Origin: a virus
Lineage: Duplodnaviria; Caudoviricetes
Length of the DNA: 26,223 bases
Strand: one strand, 5' to 3'
IMG/VR virus record: IMGVR_UViG_3300020042_006073
Span: 1-26,223 of that record
Shown here piece by piece: positions 17,170-24,249 of the stretch. The position numbers and the translations under genes were made by a program. Below the pieces are notes generated by a model. It was not told the DNA's origin. It did no database searches and was given only the letters and a program-made list of their open reading frames with translations. How positions within the stretch are numbered: the first letter of the stretch is position 1; each line of letters opens with the position of its first letter.

Positions 17170-17399
17170 ATGACACTATTTATCTAAAATTCAGCACAAT
17201 GGAAGAATGTGAGTCAGCTTTATCTGAATTTACTTTTAGTCAGTACAAAGACCATATTCACAAAGGCGCTGCATTCGGTACAGTGTTTTATATCGCCGAT
17301 GATGGTTTTTTTTATGTTAATATCTATGATTATCAAGGTACTGAATTCGATAGTATAAAATTACCTGAACCAATTACTCCATACAATGTAAGAGCTTAA
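17166..17399 (+). CDS. Small companion protein of the spike gene
   Basis: ATGA overlap. Begins with YLKF and ends P.TPYNV.A. Confidence 0.55.
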   Translation: MNDTIYLKFSTMEECESALSEFTFSQYKDHIHKGAAFGTVFYIADDGFFYVNIYDYQGTEFDSIKLPEPITPYNVRA

Positions 17400-17400
17400 T

Positions 17401-17790
17401 ATGTCATTTGACCCTATTACAGCAGTGCTTGATGTTGGCAGCAAACTCATTGATAAACTCATACCAGATGCCGGTGCCAAAGATGCGGCAAAACTTGAGC
17501 TATTAAAAATGCACCAAGCCGGTGAGCTTGCAACTATGGCCGCGTCATCGAACATAGTTTTGGCTGAAGCAAATTCAGAACACTGGCTTGCGGCTTGTTG
17601 GCGGCCAATCTTGATGCTGACATTCGGCGGCCTGATTGTTGCGCGCTGGTTTGGATTTGCAGCGCCTGATTTATCAGAGGCAGAATATATCAAGCTTTGG
17701 GATATTGTAGAACTTGGACTTGGTGGTTATGTGATCGGGCGAAGCGCTGAAAAGATTATTCCGGCAACGGCTGAAGCGCTTAAAAAATAA
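17401..17790 (+). CDS. Holin (GTA-type 3TM holin family)
   Basis: G.KLIDKLIPD..AK..AKLEL, EA.S.HWL...WRP and LGLGGYVIGRS.EK motifs, with hydrophobic segments. Confidence 0.85.
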   Translation: MSFDPITAVLDVGSKLIDKLIPDAGAKDAAKLELLKMHQAGELATMAASSNIVLAEANSEHWLAACWRPILMLTFGGLIVARWFGFAAPDLSEAEYIKLWDIVELGLGGYVIGRSAEKIIPATAEALKK

Positions 17791-18156
17791 TTACTTCAGG
17801 AAAGCGCCAAGAATTGCAGCTGTGAACAATGCCATCAGTATGCCCAAAACTGGCTTTGCTTGATCCAGCTTTGAATTTGTTTCACCTAACTTTTCATGTA
17901 TGTTTTTGCATTCAGTGAAAACTTCACTTCTTAAACTTTGCACTGATGTTTCTATTTTATCCATGCGGTGATTGTCTTCAGCGCGCAACTTTTCAAAATG
18001 GCCTGATTGAACCAGTAATTGTGTAACGGCTTCAGTCAATCGATCAGTTTTTTCCATTGATCTTGTTTGTGCTTCAGTTAATGTTTCAATTTTGGCTGAA
18101 AGGTTTTCTATTGAGTTCAAGAATTCATTCCCTGTTGTTGTTATGGATTCAGCCAT
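17791..18156 (-). CDS. Coiled-coil protein with a C-terminal transmembrane helix (possible lysis accessory)
   Basis: Heptad-like body ending VLGILMALFTAAILGAFLK, directly downstream of the endolysin. Confidence 0.55.
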   Translation of the reverse strand: MAESITTTGNEFLNSIENLSAKIETLTEAQTRSMEKTDRLTEAVTQLLVQSGHFEKLRAEDNHRMDKIETSVQSLRSEVFTECKNIHEKLGETNSKLDQAKPVLGILMALFTAAILGAFLK

Positions 18157-18163
18157 TTTTCAC

Positions 18164-18559
18164 CTATGGATAAAACTTTGATTTCAGTTCAAAGTGTGGT
18201 GAATCATAAAACTGTTCATCAGTGGTTTGGCCGTTTTCATTCCAATCACCCCCCCATCTGATAGGTATGTTTAATTCATTGGCAACTTCAAACATGATTT
18301 TTTGAATGATGATCATCTTTTTCCAGTCAATTGGTTTGCCAGCTGGGAAAATATCAATTGCATGGCCAGTGATGTGGCGGCTTTTCATAGTTTTTGATTT
18401 GCCAGCTGCAAACAATTCCTTTTGCCTTTCAACACTTCGCAAACCTTCGCTGATGCCAAAATCAACTGGTGATTTTTTCAATGCAAGGCGTGCAACCTTT
18501 ACAAGATCAGGATGCACACCGGCAAGATTTGATTCAGAGCGTTCACCAAATTTGAACAT
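18164..18559 (-). CDS. Endolysin, M15 L-alanyl-D-glutamate peptidase (T5-like)
   Basis: FKFGERS..NL.GVHPDL, EGLRS.ERQ, SRH..GHAID, RWGGDW and D.PHFEL motifs, with Zn ligands present. Confidence 0.93.
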   Translation of the reverse strand: MFKFGERSESNLAGVHPDLVKVARLALKKSPVDFGISEGLRSVERQKELFAAGKSKTMKSRHITGHAIDIFPAGKPIDWKKMIIIQKIMFEVANELNIPIRWGGDWNENGQTTDEQFYDSPHFELKSKFYP

Positions 18560-18920
18560 TATCAAAAGCGCCTTGTTTCCAGTTTTTTGTCAACAGCGGG
18601 TTGTTTTTAACAATATAATCTAGGCAACCAATTTGATCAAATCTGATTGCTTTCCTGATGCCTAAAACTTCTTTTGATGGCTGTATTTTCTTGTCAGTCA
18701 TTCTTTTTGCTTGCGTGGCTGTGAAGCCTTTTTTCATTAAAAATGATTTTCTGAAAATAACATCATCTTGATCACAGATTCTGAACATGGCGAAAATTAT
18801 TTCATATTGTTTTGATAATCCTTGAATTGATGAATAGCCAACATGATGCAACTGTGCAATTTCAAACATTGTTAGGCCGATTTCTTTGTAATGCTTCAGT
18901 TCTTCTTTTGTAGGTTTCAT
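18543..18920 (-). CDS. Hypothetical protein with an N-terminal helix-turn-helix-like segment
   Basis: GLTMFEIAQLHHVGYSSI fits an HTH pattern, and the protein is basic. Confidence 0.55.
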   Translation of the reverse strand: MKPTKEELKHYKEIGLTMFEIAQLHHVGYSSIQGLSKQYEIIFAMFRICDQDDVIFRKSFLMKKGFTATQAKRMTDKKIQPSKEVLGIRKAIRFDQIGCLDYIVKNNPLLTKNWKQGAFDNVQIW

Positions 18921-19189
18921 TTTTTCACCGTTAAAAATGCAAATGTTGTTTGTGTTTTGCCTGATGTGATCCGAATGTTCTTCACTCTTTTCAATTTCCT
19001 GTTCAAGTCAGTTTTTGACATTCTTGAAAATTGCGTGATTGTCATCTGATGAACAGTTTCAGCGCCATGTTTTGAAATTTCAAACGCTGGCTTTTTGAAA
19101 AATTCAACTTCAACAACTTCATTTTTGTTGATCAGTTCTTCAAGCTGTTCTTTTCTCATTTTGTGCAATTGCAAAGATTCAATTTTCAT
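18917..19189 (-). CDS. Small basic protein, possibly two tandem Phd/YefM-like folds
   Basis: Two ~40-aa halves each read as strand-helix-strand-strand. It is ATGA-coupled to the next gene. Confidence 0.4.
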   Translation of the reverse strand: MKIESLQLHKMRKEQLEELINKNEVVEVEFFKKPAFEISKHGAETVHQMTITQFSRMSKTDLNRKLKRVKNIRITSGKTQTTFAFLTVKK

Positions 19190-19224
19190 TTGGAAGCCTT
19201 TGGCGGCGTTTTGCCGCCTGTTGG

Positions 19225-19632
19225 TTAAAAGGGAATATCATCACTAAAGTCATAACCGGATTGCGGCGCTTGTGGCTGTTGCGGCGCTTGCTGGCGTTGT
19301 TGTGCCGGCTGTTGGTTTGCCTGTTGGCCAGAACTTCCAACAAGTTCAATTTTGAAAACATTCACTTTCAAAACGGCTTTCAATTCGCCATCTTTTGCGG
19401 TGTATGCTTCAGGCTGGATTTCATCAGCCATCACTTCAACCTGTTGGCCTTTTTTCATGTATGGCAATAATCCGGCGTTCTTATCACCCCATTTGACACA
19501 ATTGCACCAAACCGTGTTTTTATGTTCGCCATAACCTACATCATAGGCAGCTGTGAACTTCAGCATTGCCTTGCCATTTTGGGTTGTTGCCATTTCTGCA
19601 TCTTTTGCCAGTCTCATTACTTTTGAAAACAT
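19225..19632 (-). CDS. ssb: Single-stranded DNA-binding protein
   Basis: OB-fold motifs (RL.KDAE, T.W.NC..WG, KG.QV.V), a Gln/Pro linker and an acidic DDIPF tip. Confidence 0.93.
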   Translation of the reverse strand: MFSKVMRLAKDAEMATTQNGKAMLKFTAAYDVGYGEHKNTVWCNCVKWGDKNAGLLPYMKKGQQVEVMADEIQPEAYTAKDGELKAVLKVNVFKIELVGSSGQQANQQPAQQRQQAPQQPQAPQSGYDFSDDIPF

Positions 19633-19633
19633 T

Positions 19634-21358
19634 TCACACCACCTTTTTTTGGGTTGATTTTACGTTTTTGATTAACTTTGCCAGCTTGTTCAGATCATGC
19701 GATTGAACAGGCAGATATTTTTTTGTGATTATTGCCTTGAAAAGAAAACCTTCAGGCTGATGAATCACAACAAGGCTTTCATCAACTTCAATCATTTTCA
19801 AAACATCATCAATTGAAAGCTGATCATCAAGTTCAACAGCTTTCACTGGTTCAGGATCACAGCATTCTGAATGGCCTTCAATATCATCAATGAATTCTTG
19901 AACAGGGTTGCGATCAATTCGCGCGGCCATGATTGGTGAATCATAGCTTGATTGCGTGAAAGTTATTTCAGAATCAGATTTTCCAGAAACAACATCAATG
20001 GCTTCAAGGTTTGCCTGTTCAAGTGTTATTTGTTGCGCTTTTGCTTTTTCAGCTTCAACAGCGGCGGCCTTTTCAGCCAGTGCCTGAACTTCAGCTTTAT
20101 GTGATGCAATCCGGCCTTCAACAACTTGTTTGAATAAATCAGTTTGAGTGAAAATGATTGAACCAGCATCAGAAAACAAAAACCTGAATGCAGAATTATC
20201 AGCCAGTATTGCCTGATTGATTTTCACCAGTTCAGCCAGTTCATCAGCATGAAGACTCAACTGAAGCAAATGCTGGCGCGCTGATGTTTCACAGCTTGAA
20301 AGCGTTTTTTTGCCTTTGATGGCGCTTTCAAAATCACTTTTCACAACAACCTGAAAATCAAGCTTTTCATTGATTGAATGAAGGTGATCAGCAAGTTCTG
20401 TTTTTACCTTGTTAATTATTTCATTTTTTCTGGCCTGTTCTTCAGACTTCACAAGTTTTTCAAGGATCAGGCGCTTTTCCCTGATTGCCTGTTCAACCTG
20501 TTCAACTGATGCAATCAATTCAGCAATTGATGCTGTTTGTTCAATGATGCCTTTTTTGGCATTCTTCAGATCAGTTTCAGAACTTTCACACCATTTCAAA
20601 ACAGCTTTTGCATCAACAAAATCTTGATCTGTTATCAACGTAGTTTTTATTTCACTGATAATGGCAAGCGCTGTGGTTTTGTATTCGCTGATGTTGGTTG
20701 AAAGAACGCGGCCTTCAACCTTGAAGCTGATGGCTGGCAATTCATCACGTTCTTCAGCAACCAGCTTCACTGTTGGCTGATATGCAAACAAATCTTTTGC
20801 AAATTGCTTCCAGCCTTGAATTAATTCTTTCCTGATGGCGGGTTCTGAAACATACTCAACTTCAAACCAGTTATCTTTTGTTCCATCAGAGCAAACAAAC
20901 CTTGTTGAATTGTTGCCAGCAATCAACAGCTGTTGTTCAAGCTGGTATTTGTAAGAATCAGGAATGATGAACATTGAAAGGCTTTCAGCCAATGAAGCGT
21001 TCAGCGCCTTATGTTCAAAATTAAACGCTTCACAATAGCCATCAAATGAGGCCAACAGATCAATGACAATGCCATCAATATCAACACAAACAACACCAAC
21101 ACAGCGTTCAAGTTCAAAGCCAATTTCAGCTTCAATGATTGTTCTGGCATCATCTTCAACCTTGTGGCCATTATCGAAAAGGCTTTGCTGAAACTCTGAA
21201 ACAGCTTGTTTTTCACCAGTTTTCAGCCGGTGAATCAATTGTTGCCTTGTTTCATATTTGCCTTTTCCAAGCATTGCGGCTGCATCACTGGCACAGAAAT
21301 AATTGGCGCGCGCTTCCAGCCATTCAGCTGAACCCTGTTCAAGAAATAGTTTTTTCAT
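19634..21358 (-). CDS. YqaJ / lambda-exonuclease-family recombination nuclease with a long coiled-coil extension
   Basis: QGSAEWLEAR...ASDAAAMLG, G.K.E..AR, ASFDG, EHK and Y.YQLEQQL motifs. Confidence 0.9.
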   Translation of the reverse strand: MKKLFLEQGSAEWLEARANYFCASDAAAMLGKGKYETRQQLIHRLKTGEKQAVSEFQQSLFDNGHKVEDDARTIIEAEIGFELERCVGVVCVDIDGIVIDLLASFDGYCEAFNFEHKALNASLAESLSMFIIPDSYKYQLEQQLLIAGNNSTRFVCSDGTKDNWFEVEYVSEPAIRKELIQGWKQFAKDLFAYQPTVKLVAEERDELPAISFKVEGRVLSTNISEYKTTALAIISEIKTTLITDQDFVDAKAVLKWCESSETDLKNAKKGIIEQTASIAELIASVEQVEQAIREKRLILEKLVKSEEQARKNEIINKVKTELADHLHSINEKLDFQVVVKSDFESAIKGKKTLSSCETSARQHLLQLSLHADELAELVKINQAILADNSAFRFLFSDAGSIIFTQTDLFKQVVEGRIASHKAEVQALAEKAAAVEAEKAKAQQITLEQANLEAIDVVSGKSDSEITFTQSSYDSPIMAARIDRNPVQEFIDDIEGHSECCDPEPVKAVELDDQLSIDDVLKMIEVDESLVVIHQPEGFLFKAIITKKYLPVQSHDLNKLAKLIKNVKSTQKKVV

Positions 21359-21936
21359 ACTGTCACCCCTTTGATTTGCTGAATTTGTTCAGCTGTTAAT
21401 GAATATTTTGAAGTTATTGCTGAAATTATTTCATCAGCTGTTTTTTTGCCTGATGCAATTGCAGATTGCCAAACGCCAAAATTCTTTGAAAAATCGGCGG
21501 CTGAATAAGGCTGAATTTGTGCTTTTTGCTGAACTTGCGTTTCAATCTTTCCTGATGCCTGATTTCCATCATCATCTTGCTGTGAAATTCCGGCAAAGGC
21601 TGAAATTGAATAACGCCGCAAATATGTCACAACTGAACCTATATTTTGGGCATCAAGCGTTTTAACTGGCGCTGTTAATATGTTGCTGATGAACTGGCCA
21701 GATTTGTGAATCAGCATTGTTTCAACTGAAACAAGATTTCCTTCAGTTGATGGCAATTGTACAAATGACAAACCAGCGGCTGAAAACACTGGCCTGATTG
21801 TGTTAAGGCATTCAGCTAAATCAGCATAACTGGATTTGAAGAACTTATTTTCAGTGCCTTTGGTTGCGTTTTCAAGGTTGCCTTGCGCCGTTGCCAGCGC
21901 TATTGCAAGTTCATTGATATTTTCTGATCTGTTCAT
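21355..21936 (-). CDS. erf: ERF-family ssDNA annealing protein
   Basis: N.FFKS.YADL, VET.L.H.SGQ, AQ..GS..TY.RRY and DDDGN motifs. GGAG placement favours ATG 21936. Confidence 0.92.
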   Translation of the reverse strand: MNRSENINELAIALATAQGNLENATKGTENKFFKSSYADLAECLNTIRPVFSAAGLSFVQLPSTEGNLVSVETMLIHKSGQFISNILTAPVKTLDAQNIGSVVTYLRRYSISAFAGISQQDDDGNQASGKIETQVQQKAQIQPYSAADFSKNFGVWQSAIASGKKTADEIISAITSKYSLTAEQIQQIKGVTV

Positions 21937-21952
21937 TTTGTTCACTCCAAAA

Positions 21953-22036
21953 TTAAAACGGTTGTTTATTGGTGATTCTGTTTGTCAGCCAGAACCAGCG
22001 CCAGCGGCTTTTCACTTCAGCCATGATTTTTTTCAT
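21953..22036 (-). CDS. 27-aa leader-position ORF (MKKIMAEVKSRWRWFWLTNRITNKQPF)
   Basis: Strong TTTGGAGTGA RBS before ATG 22036. It fills the gap exactly up to the RBS of erf. Below the ORF-track cutoff. Confidence 0.65.
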   Translation of the reverse strand: MKKIMAEVKSRWRWFWLTNRITNKQPF

Positions 22037-22067
22037 TTCATTCACTCCAAACTAAAAACTACAAATT

Positions 22068-22112
22068 CATATTAATACAACATTGCAAAAAAGCAAAGTG
22101 AAACATTGCAAA
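22068..22112 (-). promoter_or_regulatory. Putative leftward sigma70 promoter with two operator-like repeats
   Basis: The minus strand reads TTGCTT-N16-TAATAT. AACATTGCAAA occurs at 22079-22089 and 22102-22112. Confidence 0.5.
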
Positions 22113-22144
22113 CAAATATAAAATAATTATTTATCTTTCAGCGC

Positions 22145-22174
22145 TTGATTTTGCTGCAATATTGCTGCTACAGT
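22145..22174 (+). promoter_or_regulatory. Putative rightward sigma70 promoter with the palindrome GCAATATTGC in the spacer
   Basis: TTGATT-N18-TACAGT with an extended -10 TG. Palindrome at 22156-22165. Confidence 0.65.
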
Positions 22175-22208
22175 TCAGAAAAACAACAAGCTGAAAGGAG
22201 TGAATCAA

Positions 22209-22373
22209 GTGAAAAACTACATAGTGACAATAAGAAGAAACGGCGGCGCTGTTGGCCGTATATTTAAAAAAACAATTCAGGCTTCATGCCATGCTGAAGT
22301 TCATGCAATTGTTGATCACTGGAATGAAAACGAAGATTTTTATTTTTTTGAAATTTTATCAATTGAGGTGTGA
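22209..22373 (+). CDS. Hypothetical 54-aa early protein
   Basis: AAGGAGTGA RBS and GTG start. Reads MKNYIVTIRRNGG...EILSIEV. Confidence 0.65.
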   Translation: MKNYIVTIRRNGGAVGRIFKKTIQASCHAEVHAIVDHWNENEDFYFFEILSIEV

Positions 22374-22376
22374 ATT

Positions 22377-22523
22377 ATGTTAATACTTATTATCAACGGT
22401 GAAACTTGCACTTTTTACGGTGCAAACATGGTGGATTGCATCAAGATGGCCATCAAAGAACATGGCGGCAATGCAAAAGTTCAATCAATGGTTTGGAGTG
22501 GATCAAATGAAAACAACCTATAA
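22377..22523 (+). CDS. Hypothetical 48-aa early protein
   Basis: GAGGTG RBS and ATG 22377. Reads MLILIINGETCTFYG...NENNL. Confidence 0.6.
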   Translation: MLILIINGETCTFYGANMVDCIKMAIKEHGGNAKVQSMVWSGSNENNL

Positions 22524-22896
22524 CTTACTGAACAAAGAACAGGCGTTTCTAATTGAGGCGCTATTCAAAAATAGCAATTACCAACATTTTGAACTTGCTT
22601 TTGTTAAGTTATTCAAAAGCCTTTGCTGTTCAAAGCATGGCAACGCAATCACTGGCGTGATGGATCAGGTTATTTTATGCGGTGCAAAGTCTTATTTTAA
22701 AAACTATTCGGAGTTGAATGCAGTTATTTCCGAAAAGGAAATAACTTCAGAAATGATTGATTCAATTCTTTCACAGCCAATCACGCCTGACATGGCTTTG
22801 TTAATTCTATTGATCTGTGAACTGGATCAATTAAGCGCGCCAGCTGAAGAAGCTGTTCATGTATTTATTCACTCACTTTTGGAGTTCTTGCAATGA
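22507..22896 (+). CDS. Hypothetical helical protein
   Basis: TTTGGAGTGG RBS supports ATG 22507 rather than GTG 22399. Confidence 0.65.
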   Translation: MKTTYNLLNKEQAFLIEALFKNSNYQHFELAFVKLFKSLCCSKHGNAITGVMDQVILCGAKSYFKNYSELNAVISEKEITSEMIDSILSQPITPDMALLILLICELDQLSAPAEEAVHVFIHSLLEFLQ

Positions 22897-23459
22897 AACT
22901 GAAAATATTTGCTGAAGGTGAAGTAATTGCTGGCGCATGGTCAAGAAGGGTTGAAAAGTCTGAAGGCACAACTGATGCCTTTTTGAAACTTTACACACCA
23001 GATGAAAGCATAGTTGATGCCTTTTCAAAGCTGGCGGCTGATGATTTGCGCGGCCAAAAACGCGAAGGCGGCAAAATGTTCTTCATTCAGATTTTTGAAA
23101 TTGAAGAACCTGTTCAATCTGATTTTCAGGCCATCACTTTTGAACAGCATGAACCAGTGAAGCCAAGTCAAAAGGCCGCCATCATTTGCAAAGATGAACA
23201 CTTTTTCAAATTCATTGCTGAAACTTTTCCTGATGAAATCAGATTTCTGATCAATTCAGGGTTGTGGCACACAGAAAAAGGATCAACAGCCGTTGCTGAA
23301 GCTGATAGGCGCAATCATAACGGCGCTGTATTGGTTAGATACATTGCCAGCGTTGATTCACGTTCTGAACTTGATTCTGATGAATTTGCCAGATCAATCT
23401 TTGAAGAAATGATTGATTCAAATTTCAATAAATGGAAAAAGCAAAAGGGGTTGAAATGA
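22893..23459 (+). CDS. Hypothetical phage protein with a C-terminal SRxELD domain
   Basis: AAIIC.D..F..F...VR....V.SRSELD....A...F pattern, recurrent in phage early regions. Function unknown. Confidence 0.65.
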   Translation: MKLKIFAEGEVIAGAWSRRVEKSEGTTDAFLKLYTPDESIVDAFSKLAADDLRGQKREGGKMFFIQIFEIEEPVQSDFQAITFEQHEPVKPSQKAAIICKDEHFFKFIAETFPDEIRFLINSGLWHTEKGSTAVAEADRRNHNGAVLVRYIASVDSRSELDSDEFARSIFEEMIDSNFNKWKKQKGLK

Positions 23460-23542
23460 TGAATGCTGATTTCATTTCATATTTAGCAATACTTATCAGT
23501 TTGCTATCAATATTTATTACTTTATTGAGTGGCCTAAAATGA
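23456..23542 (+). CDS. 28-aa single-TM peptide
   Basis: MMNADFISYLAILISLLSIFITLLSGLK, with ATGA overlaps at both ends. Confidence 0.6.
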   Translation: MMNADFISYLAILISLLSIFITLLSGLK

Positions 23543-23697
23543 AAACAAAAAAAGAAATTCAGGCTGAACAAATAGCGGCTGATGTTGCGGCCTTTATTGC
23601 CAACAATGGAAAAATTGAAATCATTGAACCTGAAGGCGCTGATATTTCACAGCGCTTGGCCTTTGAAGAACTGGCTGAAGGGTTGAATGATGAATAA
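23539..23697 (+). CDS. 52-aa SutA-like (RNA-polymerase-binding domain) peptide
   Basis: IAADVAAFIANNGKIEIIEP resembles the SutA core (L..AMEEFL..GGKV.EIEP, recalled). It has an acidic tail and is ATGA-coupled. Confidence 0.55.
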   Translation: MKTKKEIQAEQIAADVAAFIANNGKIEIIEPEGADISQRLAFEELAEGLNDE

Positions 23698-24010
23698 ATA
23701 TAAAAACACCAAAACCAAAATTGACAATATTGTTTTTGACAGCAAAAAGGAGGCGTTGCGCTATCAGCAACTGAAATTGCTGTTGAAGGCTGGTGAAATC
23801 ATCAGATTAGAACTTCAGCCGGTGTTTAAACTGGAAGTGAATGGCCAGAAAATATGCACCTACAAGGCAGATTTCAGATACTTTGAAAAGAACATTCTTG
23901 GTGAATGGTCGCCAGTTGTGGAAGATGTCAAAGGCGCAAAAACACAGGTTTACATTCTAAAACGAAAACTGATGAAAGCATTGCTTTCAATAACTATCAA
24001 GGAAACATGA
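23687..24010 (+). CDS. DUF1064-family PD-(D/E)xK nuclease (putative resolvase)
   Basis: NKY.N.KT.ID.I.FDSKKEA.RY..LK, LELQP.F, Y.ADF.Y and VVEDVKG.KT..Y.LK.KLM motifs. Confidence 0.9.
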   Translation: MMNKYKNTKTKIDNIVFDSKKEALRYQQLKLLLKAGEIIRLELQPVFKLEVNGQKICTYKADFRYFEKNILGEWSPVVEDVKGAKTQVYILKRKLMKALLSITIKET

Positions 24011-24141
24011 AAATGAAAAGTTTTGCATCAGCTTGCATTGAATTTGTGATTGTTCTGGTTGTTGTTTTGTTGTGCTTTTTGCTTTTCCATTTTGTTGCTG
24101 AACAATATGAATTGAAAGATGATTTTGAAGATTTTGTTTAA
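24007..24141 (+). CDS. 44-aa single-TM peptide
   Basis: MKMKSFASACIEFVIVLVVVLLCFLLFHFV...DFEDFV. ATGA overlap with the DUF1064 gene. Confidence 0.55.
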   Translation: MKMKSFASACIEFVIVLVVVLLCFLLFHFVAEQYELKDDFEDFV

Positions 24142-24156
24142 TGTAGTATTATTTTT

Positions 24157-24218
24157 GTGCGGTGGCCTTGCGCCTTAATTTCTCCCTCTGTGGATGCCGC
24201 ACCGAATTTACACAGAGG
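24157..24218 (+). promoter_or_regulatory. Structured RNA leader (possible H-type pseudoknot) upstream of the replication initiator
   Basis: GTGCGGT (24157-24163) pairs with GCCGCAC (24196-24202). The enclosed CCTCTGTG (24185-24192) is the reverse complement of CACAGAGG (24211-24218). Confidence 0.55.
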
Positions 24219-24249
24219 CGGTGATTTACCTACAACAGAGAATTAAATT

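Noticed and set aside
249-17693. Many antisense and alternate-frame ORFs in the track (e.g. 671..1009, 1104..1472, 7399..7935, 12737..13102, 16755..17096)
   Set aside because: They overlap well-supported genes and show no recognisable motifs. Scarcity of CTA/TAG in the genome makes shadow ORFs more likely.
17361-18623. Embedded Rz/Rz1 spanin in the lysis region
   Set aside because: The overlapping ORFs (17361..17693, 18306..18623) lack a convincing signal peptide plus lipobox.
19202-19218. GGCGGC-gtttt-GCCGCC hairpin after ssb as a terminator
   Set aside because: There is no U-tract in the direction of transcription (minus strand). It may be a stabilising or processing hairpin, but this is unsupported.
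19179-19361. 60-aa basic ORF overlapping the ssb 3' end
   Set aside because: It is an alternate-frame reading of the SSB Gln/Pro linker with no RBS.
22399-22506. N-terminal extension of ORF 22399..22896
   Set aside because: It overlaps a better-supported 48-aa ORF, and the stereotyped RBS points to ATG 22507.
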